The position numbers and the translations under genes were made by a program. The notes under the pieces are model-generated. The model was given only the letters and a program-made list of their open reading frames with translations. It was not told where the DNA came from and ran no database searches. This document shows positions 27,345 through 37,161 of a stretch of DNA of 64,000 bases, in pieces. Source of the stretch: an uncultured Actinomycetes bacterium (lineage in GTDB: Bacteria > Actinomycetota > Thermoleophilia > UBA2241); contig CAVYCN010000008.1 in assembly GCA_963767005.1 (NCBI GenBank), forward strand, positions 64,001 through 128,000, read 5' to 3'. Each line of letters begins with the position of its first letter. The first letter of the stretch is position 1.

Positions 27345-27368
27345 CACGCCTACCGGCGCGGCTAGACT
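27340..27368 (+). promoter_or_regulatory. SigA-type promoter of rrf2 gene
   Basis: TTGACC-17 bp-TAGACT, 50 bp upstream of GTG 27419. Confidence 0.75.
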
Positions 27369-27418
27369 CGGTAAGCGGACAAAAACTATCCGACTGGTAC
27401 GCGGACGGTGAGCGCGAC

Positions 27419-27856
27419 GTGGGACTGCAGCTGACTCGGGGAGGCGAATACGCCATCAGGGCGATGAGCTACCTCGCCCTGCGCCCGGTCGGCGAGATTC
27501 GCGCGCTGCACGACGTCGGCGCCGAGCGGGACATCCCCGAGAGCTTCCTCGCCAAGATCTTCCAGAGCCTGGTGCACGCCGGGCTCGTCACCTCGCAGCG
27601 CGGCGCGCACGGCGGCTTCGCACTCGCGCGCCGGCCCGAGGATATCACCGTCCGACAGATCGTCGAGGCCGTCGACGGTCCCATCGCCCTGAACGGCTGC
27701 GTGCTGTGGCCCGACGACTGCCGGCGCAGCGGCACCTGCCGCATGCACGAGGTCTGGGTGCTCGCCCAGGAGCGCATGATGGAGGTCCTCGAGCAGGTCA
27801 CGCTGGCCGAGCTCGCGCCGGCGCCGGCGGCGGTCGCCGCACCCGCTCCCGCCTGA
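27419..27856 (+). CDS. Rrf2 family (IscR/NsrR-like) Fe-S transcriptional regulator
   Basis: EYAIRAM, SQRGAHGGFALAR, three Cys (CVLWPDDCRRSGTC). Confidence 0.92.
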   Translation: MGLQLTRGGEYAIRAMSYLALRPVGEIRALHDVGAERDIPESFLAKIFQSLVHAGLVTSQRGAHGGFALARRPEDITVRQIVEAVDGPIALNGCVLWPDDCRRSGTCRMHEVWVLAQERMMEVLEQVTLAELAPAPAAVAAPAPA

Positions 27857-27898
27857 CGCGCGGTCGCGGTCCGTCAGGGCCGCCGGTCGCGCCTGGGC

Positions 27899-28894
27899 CT
27901 ACTCCTCGCCCGCGTCCCTGTCGCCGTAGCCGCGCGGGTGCTCGCGCATCCAGCGCCAGGCGTCGGCGACGATCCCTTCGAGGCTCGCGCGCGGCTGCCA
28001 GCCGAGCACGCGCCGGGCGCGCCCGTTCGAGGCCACCAGCACCGGCGGGTCGCCGGCGCGCCGCGCCGCCGTCTCCTCTGTCAGCGTACGCCCGGTCGCC
28101 GTCTCGACGGCGCGCAGCACCGCGCGCACCGAGCTGCCGCTGCCGGTGCCCAGGTTGCAGGCGCCGCTCGCGCCGGGCAGGCGTTCGAGGGCGGCGACGT
28201 GCGCTGCCGCGAGATCGCTCACGTGGACGTAGTCGCGCACGCAGGTGCCGTCGGGCGTGGGGTAGTCCCCGCCGAACACACGCTGCGGCGTGCCGTCGCG
28301 GGCGGCGGCGAGGGCGAGCGGCACGAGGTGGGTCTCGGGCTGATGGTCCTCGCCGCGCACCCCGTCGGCGCCGGCCGCGTTGAAGTAGCGCAGGGCCATG
28401 ACGGCGAGGCGGCCGCCGCTCGCGGCGGCCGCCTCGCCGAGCAGCCGCTCGGCGGCGAGCTTGCTGTCGCCGTACGGGTTGGTCGGGGCGAGGGTCGCGT
28501 CCTCGTCGATCGGCACGCGCTCCGGTGCGCCGTAGACGGCCGCCGTCGACGAGAAGACGAGGCGCGTGGCGCCGGCCGCCAGGGCGGCCTCGGCCACGCG
28601 CCGCGTGCCTTCGGTGTTCACGTCGTGGTAGCGCTCGGGAAAGGCCACCGACTCGGCGACCTCGGCGAGGGCGGCCATGTGGACGACCGCGTCGCAGCCG
28701 GCCGCGGTCATCGCCGCGGTGAGCCGCTCGCCGTCCCGGATGTCTCCGACGACGAGGGCCGCGCCGGGCGGCACGGCGGTCGCGTGGCCGCGCGAGAGGT
28801 CGTCGAAGACGGTGACGGTGTGCCCGGCGGCGAGCAGCCGGGCGGCGATCACGCTGCCGATGTAGCCGGCGCCCCCGGTGACCATGACGTCCAT
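27899..28894 (-). CDS. galE: UDP-glucose 4-epimerase
   Basis: TGGAGYIGS, SSTAAVYG, YGDSK, LRYFNAAG, DGTCVRDYVHV. Confidence 0.92.
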   Translation of the reverse strand: MDVMVTGGAGYIGSVIAARLLAAGHTVTVFDDLSRGHATAVPPGAALVVGDIRDGERLTAAMTAAGCDAVVHMAALAEVAESVAFPERYHDVNTEGTRRVAEAALAAGATRLVFSSTAAVYGAPERVPIDEDATLAPTNPYGDSKLAAERLLGEAAAASGGRLAVMALRYFNAAGADGVRGEDHQPETHLVPLALAAARDGTPQRVFGGDYPTPDGTCVRDYVHVSDLAAAHVAALERLPGASGACNLGTGSGSSVRAVLRAVETATGRTLTEETAARRAGDPPVLVASNGRARRVLGWQPRASLEGIVADAWRWMREHPRGYGDRDAGEE

Positions 28895-28954
28895 GGCGTC
28901 ATGCTATCAAGCATCGTCGTGGAGCGGGCGTCACGCGCCCGCCGGGAGTCAGCC

Positions 28955-29155
28955 TCAGCCACCGCCGCCGGTCGGCACCTCGGGACGCCGCGACGACGAG
29001 CTCGTCGAGGCGTTGGTGAGAAACGGCGAGAGCTTCTGCTTTGTGGTGAACGAGCCGCAGTGCGGACACTGCCGGTCCTCGTCTTTCAGGAAGCCCTGGA
29101 CGAAGACCTCGAAGGGGCGACCGCACTGCAGACAGACGAGATCGTAGGTCGCCAT
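28955..29155 (-). CDS. FmdB family zinc-ribbon regulatory protein (possible Sec read-through)
   Basis: MATYDLVCLQCGRPFE...CPHCGS; ends GGGG-TGA-GGC-TGA. Confidence 0.85.
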   Translation of the reverse strand: MATYDLVCLQCGRPFEVFVQGFLKDEDRQCPHCGSFTTKQKLSPFLTNASTSSSSRRPEVPTGGGG

Positions 29156-29216
29156 CGGCACCTCCGGGCGCATCGATCGTATCTGACGGAAGTATGGCGC
29201 CGCGTGAGGACCCTCG

Positions 29217-29260
29217 AAACAAAGACGGACCGGGGCGGCCGCACGGCCGCCCCGGTCCGT
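29217..29260 (-). terminator. Intrinsic terminator
   Basis: Long GC stem ACGGACCGGGGCGGCCG/CGGCCGCCCCGGTCCGT followed on the minus strand by CTTTGTTT, downstream of the beta-propeller gene. Confidence 0.8.
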
Positions 29261-29308
29261 TCGCGTCTCAGCCGCGCGGCATGCGCGGCAGAGGGTGTCG
29301 TTGACGTA

Positions 29309-30742
29309 TCAGTAGGCGAACCCCACCATGATCTGGTCGGTGCCGCTGGCGGCCGTCGCGCAGCTGCCCGCGACCCAGACGGTGGTACCGGCCACGGCGA
29401 TGGCGTTCGGCGTGTTGGCGCCTACGTGGCCGCCGCCGTCGTTTGTGCCGTTGCCCCAGAGGGACTGCCAGTAGCCGCCGCCGAGGTTCTGGCTGCCGCG
29501 GTAGAGGAAGATGTCGGTGGGCGAGCCCGCCACACCGACGAGGTAGTAGCCGCCGACACCGTCTGTCGCCACCTGGGCGAAGTACTGGGTGCCCGTACCG
29601 TAGGCCATGATGTTGTCGCCGGCCGGCCACGTGGCGCTGCCCGCCGAGGTGTAGTCCTCGAAGTAGGCGTCACCCGACGCGTCGAGCTGCTCGTCCTCGC
29701 CGGCCGCGATCACGTGCCTGCCCGTGGTGACGGCGATGCCGTTGAACCACTGCGCCGTCGCGTTGCTGGTGCCGTTGGTGTCGGTCACGAAGATCTTGAG
29801 CGATCCCGCGGCCGTGTACCGCAGGATCATGCCGTCGGTGCCGGTGGTCGTCCTGTCGACGCCGCCGCCCACGTAGACGCCGCCGCTCGGGCAGGCCGCG
29901 ATGGCGTTGCCCACGGCGCCGAGGTTGTTCGGCCCAAGGTAGACGCGCGACCACAGGAGCTTGCCGGCCGCCGAGAAGCGGGCGGTGACGGCGCCCCACT
30001 TCGACCCGGAAACCCAGGTCCAGCCGGTCATGTACACGCTGCCGTCCTTCGCGACCAGTACGCCTTTCGGGACGTCGGCGCCGTGGCCACTGCCGATGTA
30101 GATCTTCGCCCAGCGCAGCGTGCCCTTGGCGCTCCAGCTCACCACGGCGATGTTGCTGTACGCGGGGCTGACGACGCCGTTGCACACGCCGACGACCGTC
30201 GCGTTGCCGGACTTGTCGACCGCGAGGCCGAGGGTGTAGTCGATGCGGTGCTTGGGGCCGTTGTAGGTGCGCACCCACACGCGCTTGCCGGCCGTCGTCC
30301 ACTTGATGAGCAGGATGTCGGTGTTGCCGGACGTGTTCGTCGTCCAGCCGGCCGTGTAGAGGTAGCCCTTGGTGCCGAAGGCGACGGCGTAGCCGCCGTC
30401 GCTGCCGTGCGCGGCGCCGCCCCACGTCTTGGTCCACTTCTTCGCGCCGTTCACCAGCTCGGTGAGGCTGAGATCGAGGTCACCCGATGCTTTGCCGATC
30501 GCGCCGGTGACGTAGGTGACGCCGCCCGTCGTCGTGACGACGCCGTTGGCGGTATCGGCGGCCGCGCCGCTGCCGGCGACCTGGACCTGCCACGTCGGCG
30601 TCGCCGTGCCGTCCCAGATCTGCTTGACCGACGACGCCCCAGCGACGGCGGTGAACACGAGACCGGCCATCGCTACCGCCGCGAGCGCGGCGATCAGCAC
30701 GATGTGCCGTCTCTGCAGAACCGCGCGTGCTCTTCGTTCCAT
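29309..30742 (-). CDS. Secreted beta-propeller (SBBP-like repeat) protein
   Basis: Signal peptide; repeated A.D..G.VY.TG...KW...G...W units; GGAGG RBS. Confidence 0.8.
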   Translation of the reverse strand: MERRARAVLQRRHIVLIAALAAVAMAGLVFTAVAGASSVKQIWDGTATPTWQVQVAGSGAAADTANGVVTTTGGVTYVTGAIGKASGDLDLSLTELVNGAKKWTKTWGGAAHGSDGGYAVAFGTKGYLYTAGWTTNTSGNTDILLIKWTTAGKRVWVRTYNGPKHRIDYTLGLAVDKSGNATVVGVCNGVVSPAYSNIAVVSWSAKGTLRWAKIYIGSGHGADVPKGVLVAKDGSVYMTGWTWVSGSKWGAVTARFSAAGKLLWSRVYLGPNNLGAVGNAIAACPSGGVYVGGGVDRTTTGTDGMILRYTAAGSLKIFVTDTNGTSNATAQWFNGIAVTTGRHVIAAGEDEQLDASGDAYFEDYTSAGSATWPAGDNIMAYGTGTQYFAQVATDGVGGYYLVGVAGSPTDIFLYRGSQNLGGGYWQSLWGNGTNDGGGHVGANTPNAIAVAGTTVWVAGSCATAASGTDQIMVGFAY

Positions 30743-30949
30743 CACGGACCCCTCCTTGAGGCAAGACGCGACGCTCGGGCGCCGCTCGAGTACGTACGAG
30801 TACGATGCTTGCACGTATTACCCTGCACGAGAAGCGGTCGCCGGCGCGCCCCGCCCGCCGCCGCGGGTCGGGCGCGCGTGAGAGCCAAGGGGTCGGGAGC
30901 CAGAGCGCGGCTGGCGCGCCCGTCGCGCCGCCGTCTATGCTTGCAGACG

Positions 30950-33850
30950 ATGAGCGGCGAGCACGGCATCCCAGCCCCGAGCGCGCGTGGCGCGGCCGCG
31001 GCGGCGGAGCTCGCCGGCGTGGTCGCCGGCGAGGTCCGCACCGGCCCGCTCGCGCGCTGGCTGTACTCGACCGATGCCTCGATCTACCGCGTGCTGCCCG
31101 ACGCCGTGCTCATCGCCCGCTCGGTCGACGACCTCGCCGCGGCCGCCGAGGTGGCGGCGCGCCACGAGGTGCCGCTCTGCCTGCGTGGTGCGGCCACGAG
31201 TCTCGCCGGACAGACGCTCGGCGCCGGCATCGCGATCGACTGCTTCCACCTCGACCGCATCCTCGAGATCGACCCCGACCGCCGCGTGGCGCGCGTCGAG
31301 CCCGGTGTCGTGCAGGGCGCGCTCAACCGCGCCACCGCCGCCTACGGTCTCGAGTTCGGTCCCGACACCTCGACCGTCGAGCAGGCGACGATCGGCGGCA
31401 TGGTCGGCAACAACTCGTCGGGCTCGCGTTCGATCGTCTACGGCGAGACCAAGGACAAGCTGCTGCGCGTGCGCGGCGTGCTGGCCGGCGGAGAGCCGGC
31501 CGCGTTCGGGCCCTGCGCGGGCGACGACCTGCGCGCCGGGCTCGGCGGGCCCGGCGGCGCGCGACTGGCGGAGGGACTCACCGCCCTGCGGTCGCGTCTC
31601 GGCGACCGTCTCGCCGGGCGGTGGCCGCGCACCGCTCGGCGCGTGTCGGGCTACAACCTGCCCGAGCTCGCCGGGCCGGCGCCGAACCTCGCTCGCGTGC
31701 TGGCTGGCTCCGAAGGCACGCTCGCGCTGTTCACCGAGATCGAGGTGCAGCTCGACGAGCGTCCCGCGGCGCGGCCTCTCGCCGCCCTGACGTTCGCCTC
31801 GATCCGCGCCGCCCTCGAGGCCAACCTCGCGATCCTGCCGACCGGACCGTCGGCCGTCGAGCTGATCGACCTCGTGCCGCTGCGCGGCTCGCCCAACCTG
31901 CGGCGCTTCTCGCGCCTTGCCCCCATCCTCGACGGCAGTGCCCCGGCGGTGCTCCTGGTCGAGTACCAGGGCAGCCGCGACGAGGGCCTCGCCGGCCTCG
32001 AACGTCTGCGCGCGGTCATCCCCGACCTCGGGGCGAGCGCCACGATCTTCTTCGCCGACCCCGCCGCGGCGAACGAGGCCTGGGAGCTGCGCCGGGCCTC
32101 TCTGCCGCTCCTCATGGGGGCGCCGGGCGTCGAGCGGCCGGCCTCGTTCGTCGAGGACACGGCGGTGCCGCCCGAGCACCTGCCCGACTTCGTCGACGAG
32201 TTCCAGCGGATCGTGGCGGCCCACGGCGTGCGCGCCTCGTTCACCGGCCACGCCTCGGCCGGCTGCCTGCACGTGCGTCCGCTGCTCGACTTGAAGACGG
32301 CCGCCGGCGTGGCCGGCCTCGACGCGATCGCCCACGAGGTCGGCCGCCTCGTGGCGAGCTTCGGCGGCGCGCTGTCGGGCGAGCACGGCGACGGCTTCTC
32401 GCGCTCGTGGTTCAACCCCGAGCTGTTCGGCCTCGAGCTCTACGGCGAGCTCGTCGCCCTCAAGGACCTCTTCGATCCGCGCCGCCTGCTCAGCCCCGGT
32501 CGCAAGGTCGAGGGCCCGCCGCTCACCGAGCACCTGCGCTTCGGCGCCGGGTATCGCGACCGCTCGGGCTGGCCGCCGCGGCTCTCGTACGAGCGCGAGG
32601 GCGGCTTCGACCTGGCCGTCGAGCGCTGCTTCGGCGCCGGCCTCTGCAAGAAGCAGGTGGGCACGATGTGCCCGCCGGCGGCCGCCTCGCGCGACGAGTC
32701 CCTGACGACGCGGGCCCGCGCCAACCTGCTGCAGGCGATCGTCGCCGGCGCCGTGCCGCTGGGCGATCTGGCAGGCGCCGAGTTCGAGGAGGTGCTCGGC
32801 ACCTGCGTGGCCTGCAAGGCCTGCGCCGCCGAGTGCCCGGCGGCCGTCGACGTGGCCACCCTCAAGGTCGAGTGGCTCGCCGAGGTCAACGAGCGCGAGG
32901 GTGCGCCGCCGCTGGCGCACGCCGTCGCCCGCCTGCGCACGCTGTCGCGCCTGGCGGCGCCGCTCGCGCCGCTCGTGAACGCGCTCGGTCGCAGCCCGCT
33001 GGCCCACGCGCTCGCGCCGCTCGCCGGCGTCGACGGCCGCCGCGGCCTGCCCACGATCGTGCGCCGCCCGCTGTCGCGCCGGGCCGGCGCGGCGCCCGAC
33101 GGCGCCGACGTGGTCGTCTTTGCCGACTGTTTCATCGAGCACCAGGAGCCTCACGTCGGCGAGGCCCTGCTGCGCCTGCTGCGCGCCGCCGGCCACACGC
33201 CGCGCGTCGTCTCCGCCGGGTGCTGCGGCCGCGTGATGCTGTCGGTCGGCATGATCGACAGGGCGCGCCGGGCGGCGCGAGCGACCGCCCGGTCGCTCGC
33301 GCCACACGCCCGCGCCGGCCTGCCGATCGTGTTCGTCGAGCCGTCTTGCCAGGCGATGGTGCTCGACGACTGGCAGCGCCTGCTGCCCGGCGACCGCGAC
33401 GCGGCCGCCGTGGCGGCCGCGTCGCGGTCGAGCCTCGCCCTCGTGGCCGACGCCGCGGCCGCCGGCCGGCTGCGCTTCGCGCCCGGCGGCCGCGCCCTGG
33501 TCCACCCGCACTGCCACGAGAAGGCGGTGTTCGGCGCCGACGACACGCTGCGCGCGCTGGCGGCCGTGCCCGATCTCGACCTCACGGTGCTCGACGCCGG
33601 CTGCTGCGGCATGTCGGGCGTGTTCGGCTACCGCAAGGAGCGCTACGAGCTCAGCCGGGCGATCGCCGAACGCGCCCTGCTGCCCGCTGTCCGCGCCGCG
33701 GGCGACGCGATGGTGCTCGCCACCGGCACTTCGTGCCGCGCCCAGATCGGCGACCTCGCCGGGCGGCCCGCGCGCCACCCTGCCGAGCTGCTCGCCGAAC
33801 GGCTCGTCGAGGCCGGGCAAGGGGTGGCGCCGGTCTCGCCGAATGCATAG
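30950..33850 (+). CDS. FAD-linked oxidase / Fe-S fusion (GlcD+GlcF, YdiJ-like alpha-hydroxy-acid dehydrogenase)
   Basis: YSTDASIY, ATIGGMVGNNSSG, GSEGTL, SGEHGDG, CVACKACAAECP, two CCG domains. Confidence 0.9.
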   Translation: MSGEHGIPAPSARGAAAAAELAGVVAGEVRTGPLARWLYSTDASIYRVLPDAVLIARSVDDLAAAAEVAARHEVPLCLRGAATSLAGQTLGAGIAIDCFHLDRILEIDPDRRVARVEPGVVQGALNRATAAYGLEFGPDTSTVEQATIGGMVGNNSSGSRSIVYGETKDKLLRVRGVLAGGEPAAFGPCAGDDLRAGLGGPGGARLAEGLTALRSRLGDRLAGRWPRTARRVSGYNLPELAGPAPNLARVLAGSEGTLALFTEIEVQLDERPAARPLAALTFASIRAALEANLAILPTGPSAVELIDLVPLRGSPNLRRFSRLAPILDGSAPAVLLVEYQGSRDEGLAGLERLRAVIPDLGASATIFFADPAAANEAWELRRASLPLLMGAPGVERPASFVEDTAVPPEHLPDFVDEFQRIVAAHGVRASFTGHASAGCLHVRPLLDLKTAAGVAGLDAIAHEVGRLVASFGGALSGEHGDGFSRSWFNPELFGLELYGELVALKDLFDPRRLLSPGRKVEGPPLTEHLRFGAGYRDRSGWPPRLSYEREGGFDLAVERCFGAGLCKKQVGTMCPPAAASRDESLTTRARANLLQAIVAGAVPLGDLAGAEFEEVLGTCVACKACAAECPAAVDVATLKVEWLAEVNEREGAPPLAHAVARLRTLSRLAAPLAPLVNALGRSPLAHALAPLAGVDGRRGLPTIVRRPLSRRAGAAPDGADVVVFADCFIEHQEPHVGEALLRLLRAAGHTPRVVSAGCCGRVMLSVGMIDRARRAARATARSLAPHARAGLPIVFVEPSCQAMVLDDWQRLLPGDRDAAAVAAASRSSLALVADAAAAGRLRFAPGGRALVHPHCHEKAVFGADDTLRALAAVPDLDLTVLDAGCCGMSGVFGYRKERYELSRAIAERALLPAVRAAGDAMVLATGTSCRAQIGDLAGRPARHPAELLAERLVEAGQGVAPVSPNA

Positions 33851-33912
33851 ACTGTAAACAGACGACGTCCTTCCGCCAGACGCGGCCGGGCCGTCGTCGT
33901 GCGACGTACCCG

Positions 33913-34146
33913 ATGACCGATGCGGCACAAGCGACGACGCGCGCCCCCGAGGCGGTCGTCGTCGACCTCGCTCTCTGCAAGGCCTGCGGCATCTGCGTCG
34001 AGCTCTGTCCCAAGGACGTCTTCGACACAGACGACCTCGGCCACCCGGTCGTCGCCCGCCTCGCCGACTGCACGAGCTGCACGTTCTGCGAGCGCCACTG
34101 CCCCGACTTCGCGATCGACGTCGTGCCGGCCAAGGGCAGGTCCTGA
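33913..34146 (+). CDS. korD: 2-oxoacid:ferredoxin oxidoreductase delta subunit (2x[4Fe-4S] ferredoxin)
   Basis: CKACGICVELCP and CTSCTFCERHCPDFAI. Confidence 0.85.
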   Translation: MTDAAQATTRAPEAVVVDLALCKACGICVELCPKDVFDTDDLGHPVVARLADCTSCTFCERHCPDFAIDVVPAKGRS

Positions 34147-35315
34147 TGCCGCAGCCGCGCCGTCTGGTCGAGGGCAACGAAGCGGTCGCCGAGGGCGCGA
34201 TCGCCGCCGGCGCGCGCTTCTTCGCCGGCTATCCGATCACGCCCTCGACCGAGATCGCCGAGGTGCTGTCGCGCCGCCTGCCCCAGGTCGGCGGCCACTT
34301 CATCCAGATGGAGGACGAGATCGCTTCGATCGCCGCCGTGATCGGCGCCTCGCTGGCCGGCACCAAGGCGCTCACCGCCACCTCGGGCCCGGGCTTCTCC
34401 CTCATGCAGGAGAGCATCGGCTACGCGAGCATGGCGCAGGTGCCCTGCGTCATCGTCGACGTGATGCGCGGCGGGCCCTCGACCGGACTGCCGACCGAGC
34501 CCAGCCAGGGCGACGTCATGCAGGCGCGCTGGGGCACACACGGCGAGCACTCGATCATCGCCCTCGTGCCGAGCACCGTGGCCGAATGCTTCGAGCTCAC
34601 GGTCGAAGCTTTCAACCTGGCCGAGGCCTACCGCACGCCGGTGATCCTGCTGTCCGACGCGACCGTGGGCCACATGCGCGAAGCCGTCGCGCTGCCCACG
34701 TCCGACGAGATCCGGGTCGCCGAGCGCGGCGAGCCGGCCGTGCCGCCCGAGGACTACGACGAGGTCATCTCGACCGTCGACAACATCATGCCGCGCCCGG
34801 CGCTCGGCTCGCGCTACGCGGTGCACGTCACCGGCCTCGTCTACGACCGCAGCCGCGGTGGCGTGCCGGCGACCGGCGCACCCGCCGTGGCCGAGGGCCT
34901 CGGCCGCTACCTGCGCGAGAAGATCTATCACCACCGCGACGCCATCTGCCGTGTCGAGGAGCTCTGGATGGCCGACGCCGAGGTCGCGATCTTCGCCTAC
35001 GGCTCGGTGGCGCGCTCGGCCAAGGCGGCCATGAAGTGGGCCCGCCGGCAGGGCGTCAAGGTCGGCCTCGTGCGGCCCATCACGCTCTGGCCGTTCCCGA
35101 CCGAGGCGGTCGACCACATGGCCGAGCAGGTGCGCACCATCATCGTGCCCGAGATGAACTTAAAGCAGATGAGCTGGGAGGTGCTGGCCGCCACCTCCGG
35201 CCGCGCCAAGGTTGTCGACCACGGCCGCATCGACGGCAAGCTGATCCGCCCCGAGGAGATCCAGGATCTCATCCGGGCCGAGTTCTACTATCACCACTTC
35301 GAGGAGACGTTCTGA
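34146..35315 (+). CDS. korA: 2-oxoacid:ferredoxin oxidoreductase alpha subunit
   Basis: GNEA, GYPITPSTE, QMEDE, TATSGPG, RGGPSTG. Confidence 0.9.
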   Translation: MPQPRRLVEGNEAVAEGAIAAGARFFAGYPITPSTEIAEVLSRRLPQVGGHFIQMEDEIASIAAVIGASLAGTKALTATSGPGFSLMQESIGYASMAQVPCVIVDVMRGGPSTGLPTEPSQGDVMQARWGTHGEHSIIALVPSTVAECFELTVEAFNLAEAYRTPVILLSDATVGHMREAVALPTSDEIRVAERGEPAVPPEDYDEVISTVDNIMPRPALGSRYAVHVTGLVYDRSRGGVPATGAPAVAEGLGRYLREKIYHHRDAICRVEELWMADAEVAIFAYGSVARSAKAAMKWARRQGVKVGLVRPITLWPFPTEAVDHMAEQVRTIIVPEMNLKQMSWEVLAATSGRAKVVDHGRIDGKLIRPEEIQDLIRAEFYYHHFEETF

Positions 35316-36202
35316 TGGCCCTGGTCGACGAAGAGCTGCTCGAACGGGCGCCCGACGATCGCCGCCTGCCGCGCGTCACGCCGCACCGCACCGCCGAGAT
35401 CGCCAGCCACCTGCGCTCGCCCAAGACGCTCTGGTGCCCCGGCTGCTCCAACGGCATCGTGACACGGGCGCTGATCGACGCCGTGCTCGCGCTCGAGCTC
35501 GACCCCGACCGCACCTGCGTCATCGCCGGCATCGGCTGCGCCGGTCGTATCACCGCCTACCTCAACTGGTCGACCGTCCACACCGCCCACGGACGCGCCC
35601 TGGCCGTGGCGACCGGCGCCAAGGCGGCCGACCCGGGCCTCAAGGTCATCGTCATCATGGGCGACGGCGACTGCGTGGCGATCGGCGGCAACCACCTGAT
35701 CCACGCGGCGCGGCGCAACATCGACCTCACCGCGATCGTCTTCAACAACTCGATCTACGGCATGACCGGCGGCCAGATGAGCCCCACCACCTTCGAGGGC
35801 GACCGCTCCACGACGAGCGTCTACGGCAACGTCGAGCAGGCCTTCGACATCTGCGAGCTGGCGCGCGCCGCCGGCGCCACCTACGTGGCGCGCGGCACGC
35901 CGTACTCGTACAACCGGCTCGCGCAGCTGATCGCCGGCGGCATCGCCCACAAGGGCTTCTCGTTCGTCGAGGCGATGGTCTCGTGTCCCACCTACTACGG
36001 CCGCCAGAACGGTATCCCCAAGGCGTCCGACATGATGAAGCGCCAGCACGAGCGCTCGGTGCCGGTCGAGAAGTTCGACCTGCAGGGACCCCGCCTGCAC
36101 GACCGCTATCCGGTCGGCGTGCTGCACCACGCCGAGCGCGAGGAGTACACGACCGCCTACGCCGGCGTCATCGCGCGTGCCCAGGAGGGGTCGCGTGGCT
36201 GA
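35315..36202 (+). CDS. korB: 2-oxoacid:ferredoxin oxidoreductase beta subunit
   Basis: WCPGC, GIGC, HGRA, GDGD, NNSIYGMTGGQ. Confidence 0.9.
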   Translation: MALVDEELLERAPDDRRLPRVTPHRTAEIASHLRSPKTLWCPGCSNGIVTRALIDAVLALELDPDRTCVIAGIGCAGRITAYLNWSTVHTAHGRALAVATGAKAADPGLKVIVIMGDGDCVAIGGNHLIHAARRNIDLTAIVFNNSIYGMTGGQMSPTTFEGDRSTTSVYGNVEQAFDICELARAAGATYVARGTPYSYNRLAQLIAGGIAHKGFSFVEAMVSCPTYYGRQNGIPKASDMMKRQHERSVPVEKFDLQGPRLHDRYPVGVLHHAEREEYTTAYAGVIARAQEGSRG

Positions 36203-36800
36203 GCCGGCCCTCGAAGCGCAGCGCCACGAGATCCGTCTGTCGGGCTCCGGCGGCCAGGGGATCATCCTCGCCGCCACGCTGCTCGCCGACGCGGCGGTCG
36301 CCACCGGCCGCGAGGTGATCGCCACGCAGAGCTACGGCCCCGAGGCCCGCGGCGGCGCCTCGAAGGCCGAGGTCATCGTCTCCGCCGACGAGATCGACTA
36401 CCCCGAGGTCACGGCGCCGGGCATCACCGTGTGTCTCTCGCAAGAGGCCTTCGACGCCTACGCCGCCCGTACGGTGCCCGGCGGTCTCATCGTCTACGAC
36501 GAACGCCTGGTGAAGGCCGCCGAGCTGCCCGGGAGGCGCGCGGTCGGCCTGCCGTTCACCCACATCGCCGAGCAGGAGCTCGGTCGCGCGATCGCCGCCA
36601 ACATCGTCATGCTCGGCGCCCTGCAGGAGCTCACCGGTGTCGTCACCGCCGACCAGCTCGCCGACGCCGTCCGCCGCCGGCTGCCGGCCAAGATCGTCGA
36701 GCTCAACCTGCGCGCCCTCGAGCTCGGCCGCGAGCGTGCCGCCGCCGGCGGACGCCGCCAGCGCGCCGCGCCCCGCGCCCGCTCGCACGCCAAGGCGTGA
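36195..36800 (+). CDS. korC: 2-oxoacid:ferredoxin oxidoreductase gamma subunit
   Basis: GSGGQG, QSYGPEARGG, NIVMLGA. Confidence 0.9.
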   Translation: MAEPALEAQRHEIRLSGSGGQGIILAATLLADAAVATGREVIATQSYGPEARGGASKAEVIVSADEIDYPEVTAPGITVCLSQEAFDAYAARTVPGGLIVYDERLVKAAELPGRRAVGLPFTHIAEQELGRAIAANIVMLGALQELTGVVTADQLADAVRRRLPAKIVELNLRALELGRERAAAGGRRQRAAPRARSHAKA

Positions 36801-36976
36801 ACGTCGTCATCGCCGTGGCCGGCCTCGCCGGCCTTGCGGTCGCCGTCTACTTCCTCGCCGAGCTCGTGGTCGACGCCGTCCGCCGCCGCCAGTTCCTCGA
36901 CATCGGCATCGCCGCCGGCGTCGTCGCGCTCACGGTCTGGCTGCTGCTCGCCTACGGTGACGCGCTGCTCCAGTAG
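36797..36976 (+). CDS. Small two-TM membrane protein
   Basis: GTGA overlap with the korC stop; two hydrophobic helices. Confidence 0.6.
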   Translation: MNVVIAVAGLAGLAVAVYFLAELVVDAVRRRQFLDIGIAAGVVALTVWLLLAYGDALLQ

Positions 36977-37161
36977 GCGCCGCCGGCCTCGCACGAGGCT
37001 GGCTCGGGGGGCGTCCGCCTAAGGTTTGGGCCCCGTGTGCCGATAACCAGGACGCATCCTGCCGGGGACATGCGCCCCGGCGCGGCAGGCGAAGCAAGGC
37101 AGGGTATCACGGTGCGACGAGCGGGCTGCGACCACCTTTCGGCGAGTCTGGAGACCTGGCG

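Noticed and set aside
27938-30949. N-terminal ~1000 aa of the 1970-aa ORF as a giant fusion
   Set aside because: It is antisense to galE, the FmdB gene and the beta-propeller gene. The oxidase homology starts near ATG 30950.
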